DNA of 38,249 bases from Octopus sinensis (GCF_006345805.1 NW_021835880.1:1-38249), one strand, 5' to 3'. Counted from the first letter of the stretch, positions 1 to 12,667 are shown. Notes: a model not told the origin generated them from the letters alone. Numbers and translations are program-made.

Positions 1-900
1 GTTATCATCATCATCATCAACATCATCATCAACATCATCATCATCATCACCGTCATCGTCGTTGTCGTCGTCTTCATCACCATCATCATCGTCATCATCA
101 TCGACAGCCTCTTCACCATCACCATCATCACCATCATTATCTCAGTTTAGATTCAATGACAAGATCATTTAAGCGTCGACCAAACTACGCTCATATATGC
201 AGGCAACGTTCTGAGTTCGAATCCCACCGAGACCAACTTTGTCATTTATTTTTTCCTGAAGTCGTCGAATTGTAGTACCAGTTATGTACAGGGATTAGGG
301 GTCCATATACTCGATTAACTTCTCCCCTCAAATTTAGGACCCTGTGGTTCTTTTTGAAACCATCTCGGAGCTGGTGGGGTGGTGTTGATAGAAATGGCAT
401 CGACTGTAGAGACGGAGGTGGTGGCGTTAAGGTTATAGCGGTGGTATGATGATGATGATGATGATGATGTGAATGGCGGTGACTACGGTGGTGGTGGTGG
501 TGGTTATGACGATGGTAGCGGACATGGTGGTGGTGGTAGTGGTGGTAGTGACGGCACTGCTGATGTGATTGATGATGGCATTTATTTAGTCGGTGGTGGT
601 GGTGGGTAATGTAGCGGTGGTAGTAGTGGTTGTGGTAGTGGTGGTGGCGGTATTAGTGATAGTGGTGGTGGTGGTTGTGATGGTGATGGTGGTAGTGGTG
701 GTAGTGGTGGTGGTGGTGGTGCGGTGATTGATGGTGATGGTGATGGTGATAGTGGTGGTGGTGGTAGTGTGGTGGTGGTAGTGGTGGTGGTGGTGGTGCG
801 GTGATTGATGGTGATGGTGATGGTTGTGGTGGTGGCGATGGTGATGGTGGTGCAGGTGATGATGGTAATGGTATTGCTGACAATATTTCTGGTGATGACA
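1..900. repeat. Degenerate (CAT)n and (GGT/GAT)n trinucleotide arrays, interrupted by a SINE fragment
   Basis: Direct reading of the sequence; the poly-His/Pro/Val ORFs here are repeat translations. Confidence 0.9.
205..350 (+). mobile_element. SINE family 1 fragment (tRNA-type, B-box-like GAGTTCGAATCC)
   Basis: acgttctgagttcgaatcccaccgag...agtaccagtt is similar to the copies at 19338, 34146 and 37388. Confidence 0.7.
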
Positions 901-1272
901 GGCGTCGGCTATGGTAATAGTGATGGCAGTGTCGAAAGTACTGCTGCTCCGGCTGCTCCTGCTGCCATTATTTTTTGTGGTTTTTATATCCCCATTTATT
1001 CTTCACAACCACACAAATATCTCTTCTCTTTATTCAGGCATCGTCAACTAAAACATAAGCCTTACTTTTCACGCCTGTCTCATCCCATCATTACCTACTC
1101 CAGTGCCACTTCATACCCCATTTCTACCCAACACTCTCGTATCCCTAACCGACAGTACACTATCGTCCCTTGTTTCTCGAACCCAGTTTTCTCTTCCGTC
1201 GTTTTTGCTTTCTTTCCTTTCGTCTTTTCTTCCTTCTTTATTTGTTTTCTTTCTTTCTTTCTTTCCTTCATC

Positions 1273-1415
1273 AGCAGCATTTCGTCCGTCTCTACATTCT
1301 GAGTTCAAATTCCACCGAGCTCGACTTTGCCTTTCATCCTTTTGGGATCGATGAAATAAGTATCAGTTATACACTGGAGTCGATGTAATCGACTAGCCCG
1401 CCTCCCGCAAACTTT
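1273..1415 (+). mobile_element. SINE family 1 fragment
   Basis: ttctgagttcaaattccaccgagctcgactttgcctttcatcc...gtcgatgtaatcgac matches other family 1 copies in the window. Confidence 0.8.
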
Positions 1416-2299
1416 CAGATAGTGGTGGTAGTAGTGGAGGTGGCGATAGCGGTGGTGGTGGTGGTTGTCGTGGTGGTGGTTGTAGTGGTGATGATAATAG
1501 TGGTAGAGGAGGTGCTGGCATCGGTGACGACAGTGGTGGTAGTGAGAGATTAGTGGTTTTGGTGGTGTTGGTGCAGGTGCTGGTGCTGGTGGTTCTGTTG
1601 GTGAGATGATAGTGGTGGTGGTAGTGGTGAGATAATAGTGGTGGTGGTGGATGATAGTGGTTGTGGAGATGGTAGTGATGGTGGTGATGCTGGTTGTTTT
1701 GGTGCTGATGCTGGTGCTACTGGTGATGATGATAATAGTGATGGCGGTGGTGAGATGTTAGTAGTAGTGGTGATGGTGATGCTGATTGATACGGCGGTGC
1801 GCTGACGGTGACGGTTCGCACCAAAAATTTGAAACGTTCTAAAACCACACCTATGCAACGACCCATTACCTACCCACCCATCGCGGTCCCAATTTCCTAC
1901 TTTCTATTTTTCCCTTCCATAAAACCAAAAAAAAAAAATAATAAAGAAAAGCCCAACCCCTTTCTATGTTTACTCTGTCTCATCCTTCTTGGTATCCCTT
2001 TCCTCTTTAGCACCTTGCTATCATCTCCTTATATCCTCTTCACTCATCTCATCTACTCCACTTGTCTCACTCCAACCCCTCCGTTCACTCACCTATTCAC
2101 ACAACGCCACTCGAACCTCCCACCCCACCTGCCTACTTACAACCCCCAATGGCTCACCCACTTACTCGTCCCGCCCCCACACCGCCCCGCACCCCCAGGC
2201 TAGCTGTGACAAAAATGTATTAATAAATAATCAAAGATTCATCTCTTCATTTTAGAACGCCCGACCTCCTTTTCTGCGCCTTACTCCTTTCGTTCTCAT

Positions 2300-2883
<584 letters not shown>

Positions 2884-3054
2884 GAGACCGGAGTTAGTCG
2901 ACTACATTTTTTACATTTTCACTGACAGAGCAATTCTGTTTGATGTATTCTACTGCATCTTGTATTACACGCATAAATCAACCATTGCAGAAGACTTACA
3001 AAGCTAGAGATCTCATCTGCTTATTGTCTGGATTTATATTTTGAGCATTTTCTA

Positions 3055-3845
3055 CCGGGGTAAGTTGGCACATATAATGGGGTATGTTGACACATGAATG
3101 CATTTTCTTGGAACATGCATTTTAGTGGACAGAAACACATGATATAAGCTTGTTGGTGCTTTATTGCGGTTTCATTACATACCATCATCAGAGCCACAAT
3201 TTGGGCATGTGAATATTGTCAGGCCTGGTGTGCATGCCTCGTGAGCCCAACCATTACAATCAGAGCATTGAAGCCACACTTCCCTTCCTTTGCTGTTGGA
3301 AAAAGGCTGCAGTACACTAAGCAATAAGCACTCTTCCTCATCAGAGGTATCACTTTCTTGAATTTGAACTTTTTTCTGAACAGTTGGACCTTTTCCCTTT
3401 GTTGACCTGCCCTTACTGAGTCCCTTTCCTATCGTTCCTTTATCAATGTTTGTCTTCTTTTTACTTTTACTTTTTGTCTTTTCTTCTATGATTGCTCTTT
3501 TAACAGGCGAGTCAGTGTGGATTTCAAAACAACGTTTCTTTCTTTGTGTAGTGGACGGATTTGAAATGATGAAAGAAAAGACCTAGCGGCTATGTTGCTT
3601 GAAGGCCCAGGTGTTGCAGGTGCTGAAGGCCCAGGTGCTGAAAGCCCAGGTGCTGAAGGCCCAGGTGCTGAAGGCCCAGGTGCTGAAAGTGCAGGATCCA
3701 GTCGGTCAGTGACATAGCTTGGTGCAAAGTCGCTGTCTGTGAAAATAATGCGATTAAAAGGGCATATTCCTGTAGAAGAAAAGCCACTACGAACGTTCGT
3801 CGGAGTTGCAGTCAATGGCCATGCAGTTTTGACAATGATATGCCA
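3055..3845 (-). mobile_element. 3' end of a pogo/Tigger-like DNA transposon: transposase C-terminus, PHD finger and terminal repeat
   Basis: Minus-strand frames give VKTAWPLTATPTNVRSGFSSTGICPFNRIIFTDSDFAPSYVTDR (DDE_1 C-terminal region), a Lys-rich stretch, then EVWLQCSDCNGWAHEACTPGLTIFTCPNC with a stop at 3175. The end reads TA|CCGGGGTAAGTTGGCACA, with a second GGGGTATGTTGACACA at 3079-3094. Frameshifted. Confidence 0.8.
3600..3690 (-). repeat. 15-bp minisatellite (TGCTGAAGGCCCAGG) encoding SAPGP repeats in the transposase linker
   Basis: About 5-6 imperfect tandem units, visible in ORF 3486..3815. Confidence 0.85.
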
Positions 3846-3904
3846 GTCATCTACTCCCTCGAACGAAACCAGGAAAGATATGCAATAATATACATCTAGA
3901 AAAT

Positions 3905-4278
3905 TCTAGGAGCACGTGCACCGAACTTGGGATTTGTCAATTATACAAACAGCAGAACGAGTCGCCACTGCAGGATGCAGGAGCAGATACTGTAACAGCT
4001 TGGACTTCAAGAGCTCACAGCTCTTCGCTATCCTCCTGCCAAGTCTGAGAGCCCTACATAGGGTCGATGTTGGTGTCTTCAGAACAAACTGGATCTCTTC
4101 CTGTCAAGAGTTCCGCATGAACCTACCGCAAGGCCAAAAACACAGATGAGGGTAGCAACATCAAACTCCCTCATTCTCCAAATGACACACACCAGAGAAG
4201 GTTTAGTGAAAGTGCCGAAAAACAAACTGCGGTACCATAGCATGGCCACAGCCCTCGAACTGAAACTAGAAGAAATAC
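3905..4278 (+). mobile_element. 3' end of a CR1/L2-group-like LINE with a CATGGCC..GAAAC tail
   Basis: Frameshifted LDLFLSRVPHEPTARPKTQMRVATSNSL resembles the FK..LD.FL...PD.P..SNSL C-terminus of this group. It ends in gcatggccacagccctcgaactgaaactagaagaaata. Confidence 0.65.
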
Positions 4279-4394
4279 ACACGCACACATAAACAAATAA
4301 TATATATATGTGTGTGTGTGTGTGGTGTGTGTGTGTGTGTGTGTGTGTATGTATATATATATATATATATATATATCTATATATATATATATTA

Positions 4395-4481
<87 letters not shown>

Positions 4482-4619
4482 ATAGATATATATATATGTA
4501 TGTATGTATGTATGTATACGTATATATATCAAAAGGATGTTATGATACTATCCTCATATACAAAAAAAAGCCATGCCAACAATCCAACATACTTCCATCA
4601 TCAGCTGCCTCTCAGATAT

Positions 4620-4700
4620 CATTAGGCTTTCGATATCTGGGTAGTACCATTCAATCCGGTGGTGTGAACAGAACTAAAATAAGTGTTGTTTCGGAACAAA
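4620..4700 (+). pseudogene. Small LINE RT fragment ([12 protein letters not shown])
   Basis: Resembles the RT domain 7 motif FxYLGS of RTE-type LINEs; very short. Confidence 0.4.
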
Positions 4701-5424
4701 CATACCAAAGAAACCACAAATTTCAAACATATTTATCCTATGTACAACAGTATCAGTAAATAAATTTAATAAGTAAATTTATAACTAACTCCTAAATATG
4801 TAACTAAACAGCGACCAAACCTTTAAGTCATACAAAAAATATTCCCTACAGTCTTCCATAGTATATAAATGTATGTATGTATGTATGTATGTATACATGG
4901 ATATAGATTGAAAGATAGATATAATGGAACATGGTTATCGGCAACTTAATGCAATAAAGTGTTTCTCCGATGATCTGTTGCGGTTGAGCAACTAAATGCA
5001 TTAGGAACAGCTATGATAATGAAACGCACTTAGAAACTATAATATAAACTTGAGTTCTACCTTATTTCTCATATGTGTGCATGTGTGTGTGTGGTGTGTG
5101 TGTGTGTGTGTGTGCATACAAACACGCATACCCATGCACATATATATTCGTGTATGTATGCGTATATACGACTACGTGTGCTTGTATGTGGGTGTGGGTG
5201 TGGGTGTCTGTCTATGCAATGAAGCGTGTATGAGAGTGTTCTCGTACCTGTTATATGGTAAATGATTTATAGTGACTCGACAGGTGATATGCGCTTTTTT
5301 ATTTTATATCTCCGTGACATGTGTGAAATGTAGGCGGTGCGATTCTGTTCAGTGATTTATGGAGAAATGCCTTTCGTAGGTAAAGACAACATATATTAAT
5401 GCATGAGTCTGAGCGTGTATATGC

Positions 5425-5473
<49 letters not shown>

Positions 5474-5495
5474 TGTATGAGTGCATATATATATA

Positions 5496-6743
5496 TTGCG
5501 TCAGCCCATAAATAATGCAGTTTTTACACTTATATTTTAAAATATAGACAAAAATGTTCTTTTTTAATCTAAAATAAACTCTCCTTAATTTTCCACAATG
5601 CTCTTCCATCTATCTGGTAGACTTTCAAGGCCCCTCTTCCAAAATTCACTCGTCCGTGACGAAAAATATTCCTCCAGTACTATTCTGAATTTGTCTACAG
5701 AATTCATAATTTTTCCGTCCAAATGATTTTGAAGACTGTGAATAATGACATGGGGCAATGTCCGACGAATACGCTGCTCCAGGCTTTGGAATGTCACCCT
5801 CGCTGTATGTGGCCAAGCATTATCCTGATGGAAGCACACCTTTCATCTTGAAGCCAAAGATGGTCATTTTTCTTCTATCGCTGACTTAAGCATCTGAAGC
5901 TGCTTGCAGTAGATCTTTGTTATCGTTTGGTTTGGCTTTAAAAGTTCAAAGTGGACTAAACCTTTCATATCACACCAAACAGATAACAACACCTTGTGTG
6001 AGTGAAGAACTTCTTTAGTCTGAGGCTCCGGTGTTTCTATTTTCTCTACCCCACTGTATTCGGCGCTTGACATTTTTATAGAGAACCCATTTCTCGTCAC
6101 CAGTTTCTATTCGGTCCATATAAGGTTCATTCGTGAGACGTGACAGCAAAGAAGGGCACACATTCACTCTCTGCTCTGCGCGCAATTAGACTTGGAAAGT
6201 TTGCGAGGAACTCATCGACCCAATTTGCTGACTTCTTTGATGGCACGCAGGTGTCTCGATGAATGGTTGAATGATCAAATCCAAACTTCTCTGCTAGTTT
6301 CTCAACAGTTACGATGGGATTTTATTCCACCAGGGTTTGCAGGACGTCCTCGTCGAACTCTACAGATCTTCCAAGATGAGACTCGGCATCTAGCCTGTAG
6401 TTTCCCGCTCGGAATTTCTGGAACCACTATTGACACTGGTTTACGCTTATTGTCCGATCCCAATATACTGCATTAATATTCCTCGCACGTTCCGTTGCGT
6501 TGTTGCCTTTATTGAAATTATAAAGCAAAATATGCCGAAAGTGCTCCTTTGTCACTTCCATTATAGCTTTTAAAAAAATAACTGTTAAAATAAAACTGCA
6601 CTCTTCAAAACTTGCACCAAGAATAAGGTTAGGGTAAAATTACTACCTGCCTTTACAGCAAGTTGATGCAGGTTGATCCCGTCTTCCTCCAACTTTTTAG
6701 TTCATGAAATTGAAGATACCACATTATTTATGGGATAACCCAA
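5496..6743 (-). mobile_element. Full-length degenerate mariner transposon (about 1.25 kb), transposase pseudogene
   Basis: ATG at 6561 gives MEVTKEHFRHILLY... Remnant motifs (W)VPRKL, TGDEKW, VLLSVWCD, HQDNAWPH and FWKRGLESLPDRW, with many stops and frameshifts. Imperfect terminal inverted repeats TTGCGTCAGCCCATAAATAATG (5496) and its counterpart ending at 6743, each flanked by TA. Confidence 0.93.
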
Positions 6744-6772
6744 TATATATGTGTGTGTGTGTATGTGTGTGT

Positions 6773-6849
<77 letters not shown>

Positions 6850-6857
6850 TGTGTATA

Positions 6858-6955
6858 CAAGGGGGTGCTGAAAAGTTCCTGGCATTGCTTAAAAGAAACT
6901 AGAGGAGGATCAGTTAATTATCATTTTATTCAATATATTCTCCTCTCAGGATACA
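6858..6955 (+). mobile_element. Isolated mariner/Tc1-like terminal fragment
   Basis: TA|CAAGGGGGTGCTGAAAAGTTCCTGG resembles mariner-type termini; no partner end found. Confidence 0.45.
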
Positions 6956-7039
6956 GCGATCGCCCATGTCCAATTTATATTATAGATATACATATGTGCA
7001 TATGTGTGTTTATCTGTATATACTAGGTTGACAGACAAT

Positions 7040-7200
7040 TCGACAAAGAGATATTGGTCTCAAATTTTGGCACAATGCCAGCCAGTTCGGCGAAGAGGGC
7101 GTAAGTCGATGGTATTGATCCCAGCGCTCAACTGGTACTTATGTTATCAACGTCGTAAGGATGAAAGACCACGGTGTAATTTGAACACAGAACGTAATGA
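7040..7200 (-). mobile_element. SINE family 1 fragment, diverged
   Basis: The reverse complement contains ttacgttctgtgttcaaatt...cctt...agtaccagttgagcgctgggatc. Confidence 0.65.
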
Positions 7201-7342
7201 CGAACTTACAATGTGATGACGGACTAGGCCCTTCCTCTAAAACTTCAGCCCTTGAGACTTTAGTAGAAATGAATATTATTATATCATTTACATTATTTAC
7301 ATTATTTACAGTTCACGGATATTTGTCATCTTGTTTGTGGTT

Positions 7343-7388
7343 AACACAACGTTTCGACTGATATACCCTCCAGCCTTCATCAGGTGTC
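7343..7388 (-). ncRNA. Minimal type I hammerhead ribozyme (Penelope-LTR type)
   Basis: RNA GACAC CUGAUGA A GGCUG-loop-CAGUC GAAAC GUU GUGUU: 5-bp stem I, 5-bp stem II, palindromic AACGUU stem III, and an extra A after A9. Confidence 0.8.
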
Positions 7389-7436
7389 ATAGGGAAATTT
7401 CGAACCTGGGTTCTCATTCCTAAGGTATTTCTTCGA

Positions 7437-7438
<2 letters not shown>

Positions 7439-7501
<63 letters not shown>
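7439..7501. repeat. (TTA)n tract flanking the 3' end of the R4/Dong-like element
   Basis: Direct reading of the sequence. Confidence 0.97.
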
Positions 7502-7502
<1 letters not shown>

Positions 7503-10500
7503 TTTTTTTTTCTTCTTTCAAATTTGCTTCCATTTCTTGCCGAGTGTCTTCCCGACTCCTAGGGCAAAGAAACTCATAGTATACATTGGTAGGCCATTAA
7601 ACTAAACTCAATAGTTCGTTATTTTTTTTTTAAGTTAAATTAAAATACATGGGTAGTAATAATTCTCACATCGACAATGTTCTTCTCAATACGTGTGATG
7701 TACCAGTTAAGACAATCTTTTGCACTTCTTGCAGAGATGGTAAGCCAGGGATCATTCTCATATAATTTTCGGTTCCCTTCTTGATCATTCCTAGTGCTCC
7801 TACGATCACTGGTATTGTAACCGCCTTGAGATGCCACATTTTCTCAATTTCAATGAGTAGGTCTTTATATTTTCTGAGCTTGTCAAACTCTTTCGCTGAG
7901 ATATTATGATCACAGGGGATGCTCATGTCGATCAATAAGCAAACTTTATTGTTTTGGTCTTTCACAACAATATCTGGTTTATTGGCCTTGATTGTTCGGT
8001 CTGTATGTACTGGAAAGTCCCACAGGATGGTTACATTTTCTCCTTCAGTTACAGCCTCAGGGTGGTGATTATACCACTTGTCGGCAGTTTTGATATTGTA
8101 ATGCCGATTTATTAGCCAGTGGAGATATTGGCCAACTGTCATGTCTTAATTTATACTCCACTGGTGCTAAGACTTTACATCCAGAGATTAGGTGGGCCAC
8201 TGTTTCAATCATGTCGTTGCAGAATCGGCATTTTGGGTCTGCTCCATTTTTCATCACATTGGCCTGGTAGTTTCGGGTTAATAGGCTTTGATCTTGAGCA
8301 GCCAGGATGAAACCTTCGCTCGCTGCTTTTAGCCCTGAGCTCCGTAGCCACTGATGGGTTTGCTTCTGGTCAACATCAGCTTGTTTGCTGCGGGCCACAT
8401 ATTTGCCGTGCAGAGGTTTCTCCTCCCACCTATCAGCCAATTGCTCGTGCGCTTTTTTCATTGCCATTATTTTCACCTTCTTTGCAACAATAGTTGCCAT
8501 ACTTCCATTGGGTTGTTCAGTTTGGGCATCCTGCACGAGATCAATAGCAAATTTTTTGCTTTCCTTTATGATAGAATGAAGCTTCTTTCGTCTCTCGTGA
8601 TTTTCCACGAGCTTTAGCATCCAGTCATTCGTTATTTCAAGATATTTGGCCAGTCCAATTGTGGTTGTTTTGTAAGCTAGTTCAAATTGGATCAGGCCTC
8701 GACCTCCTTGGGCTCTGGGAAGGTAAAGACGATCTACGTCTGCCTTTGGGTGGTGCATCCTATTACAACTCAGCAGCTTGCGTATTTTCCTATCTATATT
8801 CTTTACTTCACTCATATTCCAGTTCAACACATTGTAGCTATAAGTAACAACTGGAACTGCTAAGGAATTTATAGCTAACACCTTGTTACGTGCATTTAGT
8901 TCAGATTTCAGGACTGCACGAACTCTCCTATAACATTCCTTCCTGATCTTCTCTTTCATGCTTGCATGCTGAATACAAGAGCCTTCATTTATTCCTAAAT
9001 ATTTGTATGTTTGTTCTTGCTCAAGCTCTCTTATGACTGTGTCAATATCTAACACGACTAAAATTGTGGTCTTCACTTTCCCTTTCTGGAAAGTGGCCTT
9101 GGCACACTTCTCAAGTCCAAACTCCATCCCGATGTCATTGCTGAATGCTTTCACAGTGCGCAATAGGCTTTCAAGTTCATTATTGTCTTTGCCATAGAGT
9201 TTTAAGTCATCCATATAAAATAGATGGCTTATTTTTTTATTGGCAATTTTATACCCATACCCTGTTCTGTTTAATTCCCTTGTAAGGGGTATTAGAGCTA
9301 TGCAGAATATTAAAGGTGAAAGTGAGTCACCTTGAAAAATTCCACAGTTGATGTTTATAATTTCGGGGGCAAGTACTCCATTAGAGTGGTATAATTGGAG
9401 ATTCGTATTCCACAACGACAGGAAGTTTGAAATCACAGGGGAAATTTTGAAGATGTCCAGCGATCTCAAGATCCATGGATGCGGTATACTGTCGAAGGCC
9501 TTTTTATAGTCAATCCATGCGGAGCTGAGATTTCTGCCTTTGTTGTGACAGTTCTCAAGGATCATACGATTAATTAGCAGTTGATCTTTGCATCCGTATG
9601 AGCCTCGGCGGCACCCTTTTTGTTCAATGGGGAAAATACCGTTCTTCTCCATGAATGCATATGTTTTCTCCGCCAGGATAGATGTTAGGATTTTATACGT
9701 GGTGGATAGACAGGTTATAGGCCGATAGTTTTTTAGAAGGTTGGTTTCGTTATTCTTTGGGAGTAGGTAAGTAATACCACTTGCTAACCATTCAGGTATT
9801 TTCTTTGGGTCTCTCATAATTCCATTGAGCAGCTGAACTAGCTTACCGTGTGCGCATGGGAGCGATGCGAGCCAGAAATTCGGCACCCTATCTTTACCGG
9901 GGGATTTCCAGTTATGGGCCTTCGTGAGTGCCTTTCTTAGGTCTGCTATTGTGATCTCTTCCCATGCTTGTTGTTGTAAATTTTGGTAGGATCCTTCAGT
10001 TTGTATAATCCAGTCTGCATTTATGTTGTACGTCTTCTTGTCACTCCAAATCCTTTTCCAAAAGTTTTGAACTTCTTCCATGGGAGGGGGGTCTTTAACG
10101 GTTACTTTCTCCTTCCCTATTTCTCTGTAGAATTTTTTGGCATTGGATGTGAACAGCTTATTTTGCTTGTAAAACTGTTTCTCTTCTCAAATCTTCGTAT
10201 TCTTTGGGCTTTTGTTTGGACTTTTTGTTTCAGCGTTTCTTTTATTGTTATCAGTTCTTCTCTTGGTGAGGATCCAAATTTTCTCTTCATCTTTCTTCCT
10301 GTTCTGGATCTTACATCATTTCCACATATTAGTTCATTTAATATTGATATTTCCCCTCTCATAAATTCAATCTCTTTTTCAATTTTACTTCTCCAGGTTT
10401 GATTTCTTCCCAGGTTTGGTTTTCTTTGTTTTTTCGGGGGCATACAGCTGGTTTCAATTGCTTTAGCAGAAGCGTAAATAATTTCATTTAACTCAGTAAA

Positions 10501-11397
10501 ATCGGGTTTTAATTCTTGTATTATTTCATTTGTTACATAGTTGCCAATTTGGATTTGTTTTTTATTTTGGTTTGTATTTGAGAGTTTATGAAGTGGTTCT
10601 CTATCATTCATACTTGTATGTCTTACAACTTCAAGCGTATTCAAGATTTTCTGCCTCATTTCTGCCTCATTTCTGCCATAGACTCTCTGTGTTCTTCAGC
10701 AAATGCGAGATCTTCAGTTACTGTTGTTTTTTCGTTTTCCTGGCTATCTTTAACAGGTACAATAGAATTTCTTGTATCTTCAGGCCTTTGCGTACTTTGG
10801 TCAGATGGCAGTCTTTCAATTAAGCCTCGTGGCGGGCTATACTGTTCATCTGATTCTTTATTTCCTTTGTGTCTTATATTTATGTCATTTTCCGTTGCGT
10901 GCTTGATCGCGCTTATTTCACTGTCTGTGAGTCTGTTATTTCTAAGGATATCCCTCCTCACATTTGCCAATTTGTTCTCATCCAAATATGGCCTACTGTC
11001 TTGATTCCGTGTTCTCCATATACTGTAAGAGTTTGCGGTGTGTCTCTCTTGAGATGGCCTACCTAATGCATAGTAATAAGCGTATATTACTTCTTTATAC
11101 TCTTCTCGGGTCCATTTGTTCCGCTTACATTTTTCTTTCTGTGGTGGTTGTGGTGGTAAACTTGGAGGGCTCGAGTTGGGGGATTTCCCGTTCAAGTGGC
11201 CATCCATGTCCGTATTCGGAGAAGAGTTTGTGCCAGTTGATGACTTTTCGATCCCAGGCTGGCTCTTCCCTGGGGGACGCGCTTCCAGATTAAACATAGG
11301 ACAAGCGATTTGGTATACTGATTTAGTTTTCCTTTTAGTTTCCAAAAACATTTTGGTGCTACGATAATGTTATCATTTTTGAGCTTTAATTGGCTCG

Positions 11398-11399
<2 letters not shown>
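7502..11399 (-). mobile_element. R4/Dong-like non-LTR retrotransposon (RT + RLE) inserted in (TAA)n
   Basis: Both ends abut (TAA)n, and one long ORF carrying R4-clade motifs fills the element (see the pseudogene entry). Confidence 0.92.
7666..11351 (-). pseudogene. Frameshifted ORF, about 1225 aa when repaired: Myb-like N-terminus, reverse transcriptase, CCHC knuckle, RLE
   Basis: Motifs KWTREEYKEVIYAYY, YRPITCL, WIDYKKAFDS, GIFQGDSLSP, YMDDLKLY, YKYLG, GGRGL, CRFC-x8-H-x4-C and KPDIV...ID...K..KY. The four track ORFs join if an 11-bp duplication (10651-10672) is removed, 1 nt is added at about 10171-10174 and 2 nt are added at about 8138. Confidence 0.93.

Positions 11400-11452
<53 letters not shown>
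11400..11452. repeat. (TTA)n tract flanking the 5' end of the R4/Dong-like element
   Basis: Direct reading of the sequence. Confidence 0.97.
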
Positions 11453-11815
11453 GAGTGAGAGAGCAGTGCATAGTATCAAAGTGACACTGGGGTAATACAT
11501 ACAAAGACCAGTATACCCACCATGACTACCCGTCTGATAAAGATACACCAGGCACATGCATCACAACCATATGTGCGTGACATGGTGATCTCATATCAAG
11601 ATAAACAGCGCATGACCTTGCAGGTGGGGCCCAACTAGAATTTTCTTCAGGTCGAGTAGCCCATCCCATTCAAAAGGTCCCTGAATAAGAATTGTTTAAG
11701 GATGTTGAACGAACCACCCATGTTTCCAAATGTGAATTATCCAAACCTCTAAGAATTCCTTTCAACACACGGCTATGATGCGCCCCCACTACTTCTGCTC
11801 ATGGTCAGAATATCA
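11453..11815. other. Complex non-coding segment bracketed by (TTA)n tracts, probable retroposed insert
   Basis: Sharp boundaries at TTA repeats on both sides and no convincing ORF. No second copy in the window, so repetitiveness is not shown. Confidence 0.4.
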
Positions 11816-11819
11816 TTAC

Positions 11820-11857
<38 letters not shown>

Positions 11858-12129
11858 TATTATTATTATTATTATTATTATTAGAACCTCAAGAATACTC
11901 TTATAGAATATTTCTCATAGAATACGTGCAGAAAAATACATAAAACAGAAATAAAATAAAAGGTCAAAGAAATTACAATTAAAACGGAATTAGGACGCAC
12001 GTGTGTCCAGTGATGCAGGGTTCTGCTAATAACAACTTTATAAGGGGTCTTGTTGACACGTGACCCACTTAGAACCGAATACCCCTTTTTTCGAATGGAT
12101 CGATCACAACTTTTTTTCTTTCTTATTCC

Positions 12130-12390
12130 ATCGGTCTCTTTTGCCGAACCGCTAAATTGCGTAAACACACCAACACCGGTTGTCAAGCCGTTGTGGTGGG
12201 GGGGGGGGGAAACACAGACATAAAGACAAACACATGGATATATTATTTCCTTCTATAAAATCCTCTCACAAGGCTTTGGTCGACATGAGGCTATAATAGA
12301 AGACTCTTGACGAAGGTGTTACGGAGGGGGACGGGACCTGAAACCATGTTGTTGGGAAGCAAACTTCTTACCACAAAGCTACACCTGCGC
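12130..12390 (-). mobile_element. SINE family 2, diverged copy
   Basis: Matches 21412-21800 (atcggtctcttttgccgaaccgct..., cacaaggctttggtc...aaccatg). Confidence 0.75.
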
Positions 12391-12506
<116 letters not shown>

Positions 12507-12581
12507 TGTGTGTGGTGTGTGTGTGTGTGTATGTATATATATATATATATATACAATGTCTTGTTGAGATAGGTTCTCTTT

Positions 12582-12667
12582 CTTTTCTGATGAGAAGATT
12601 GCATTTTTTTACACCGTTTATTCCTTTGGAATAAAATCAATGTTGTCTTCGAAACATATGTCGAAAG
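12582..12667 (+). ncRNA. Complete type I hammerhead ribozyme with canonical core and extended stem II; predicted cleavage after C12662
   Basis: CUUUU CUGAUGA GAAGAU..GUCUUC GAAA CAUAUG UC GAAAG. Stem I CUUUU/GAAAG; stem II GAAGAU/GUCUUC plus GCAUU/AAUGU plus inner hairpin UUUAUUCC/GGAAUAAA; stem III palindrome ACAUAUGU; GUC triplet. Confidence 0.85.
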
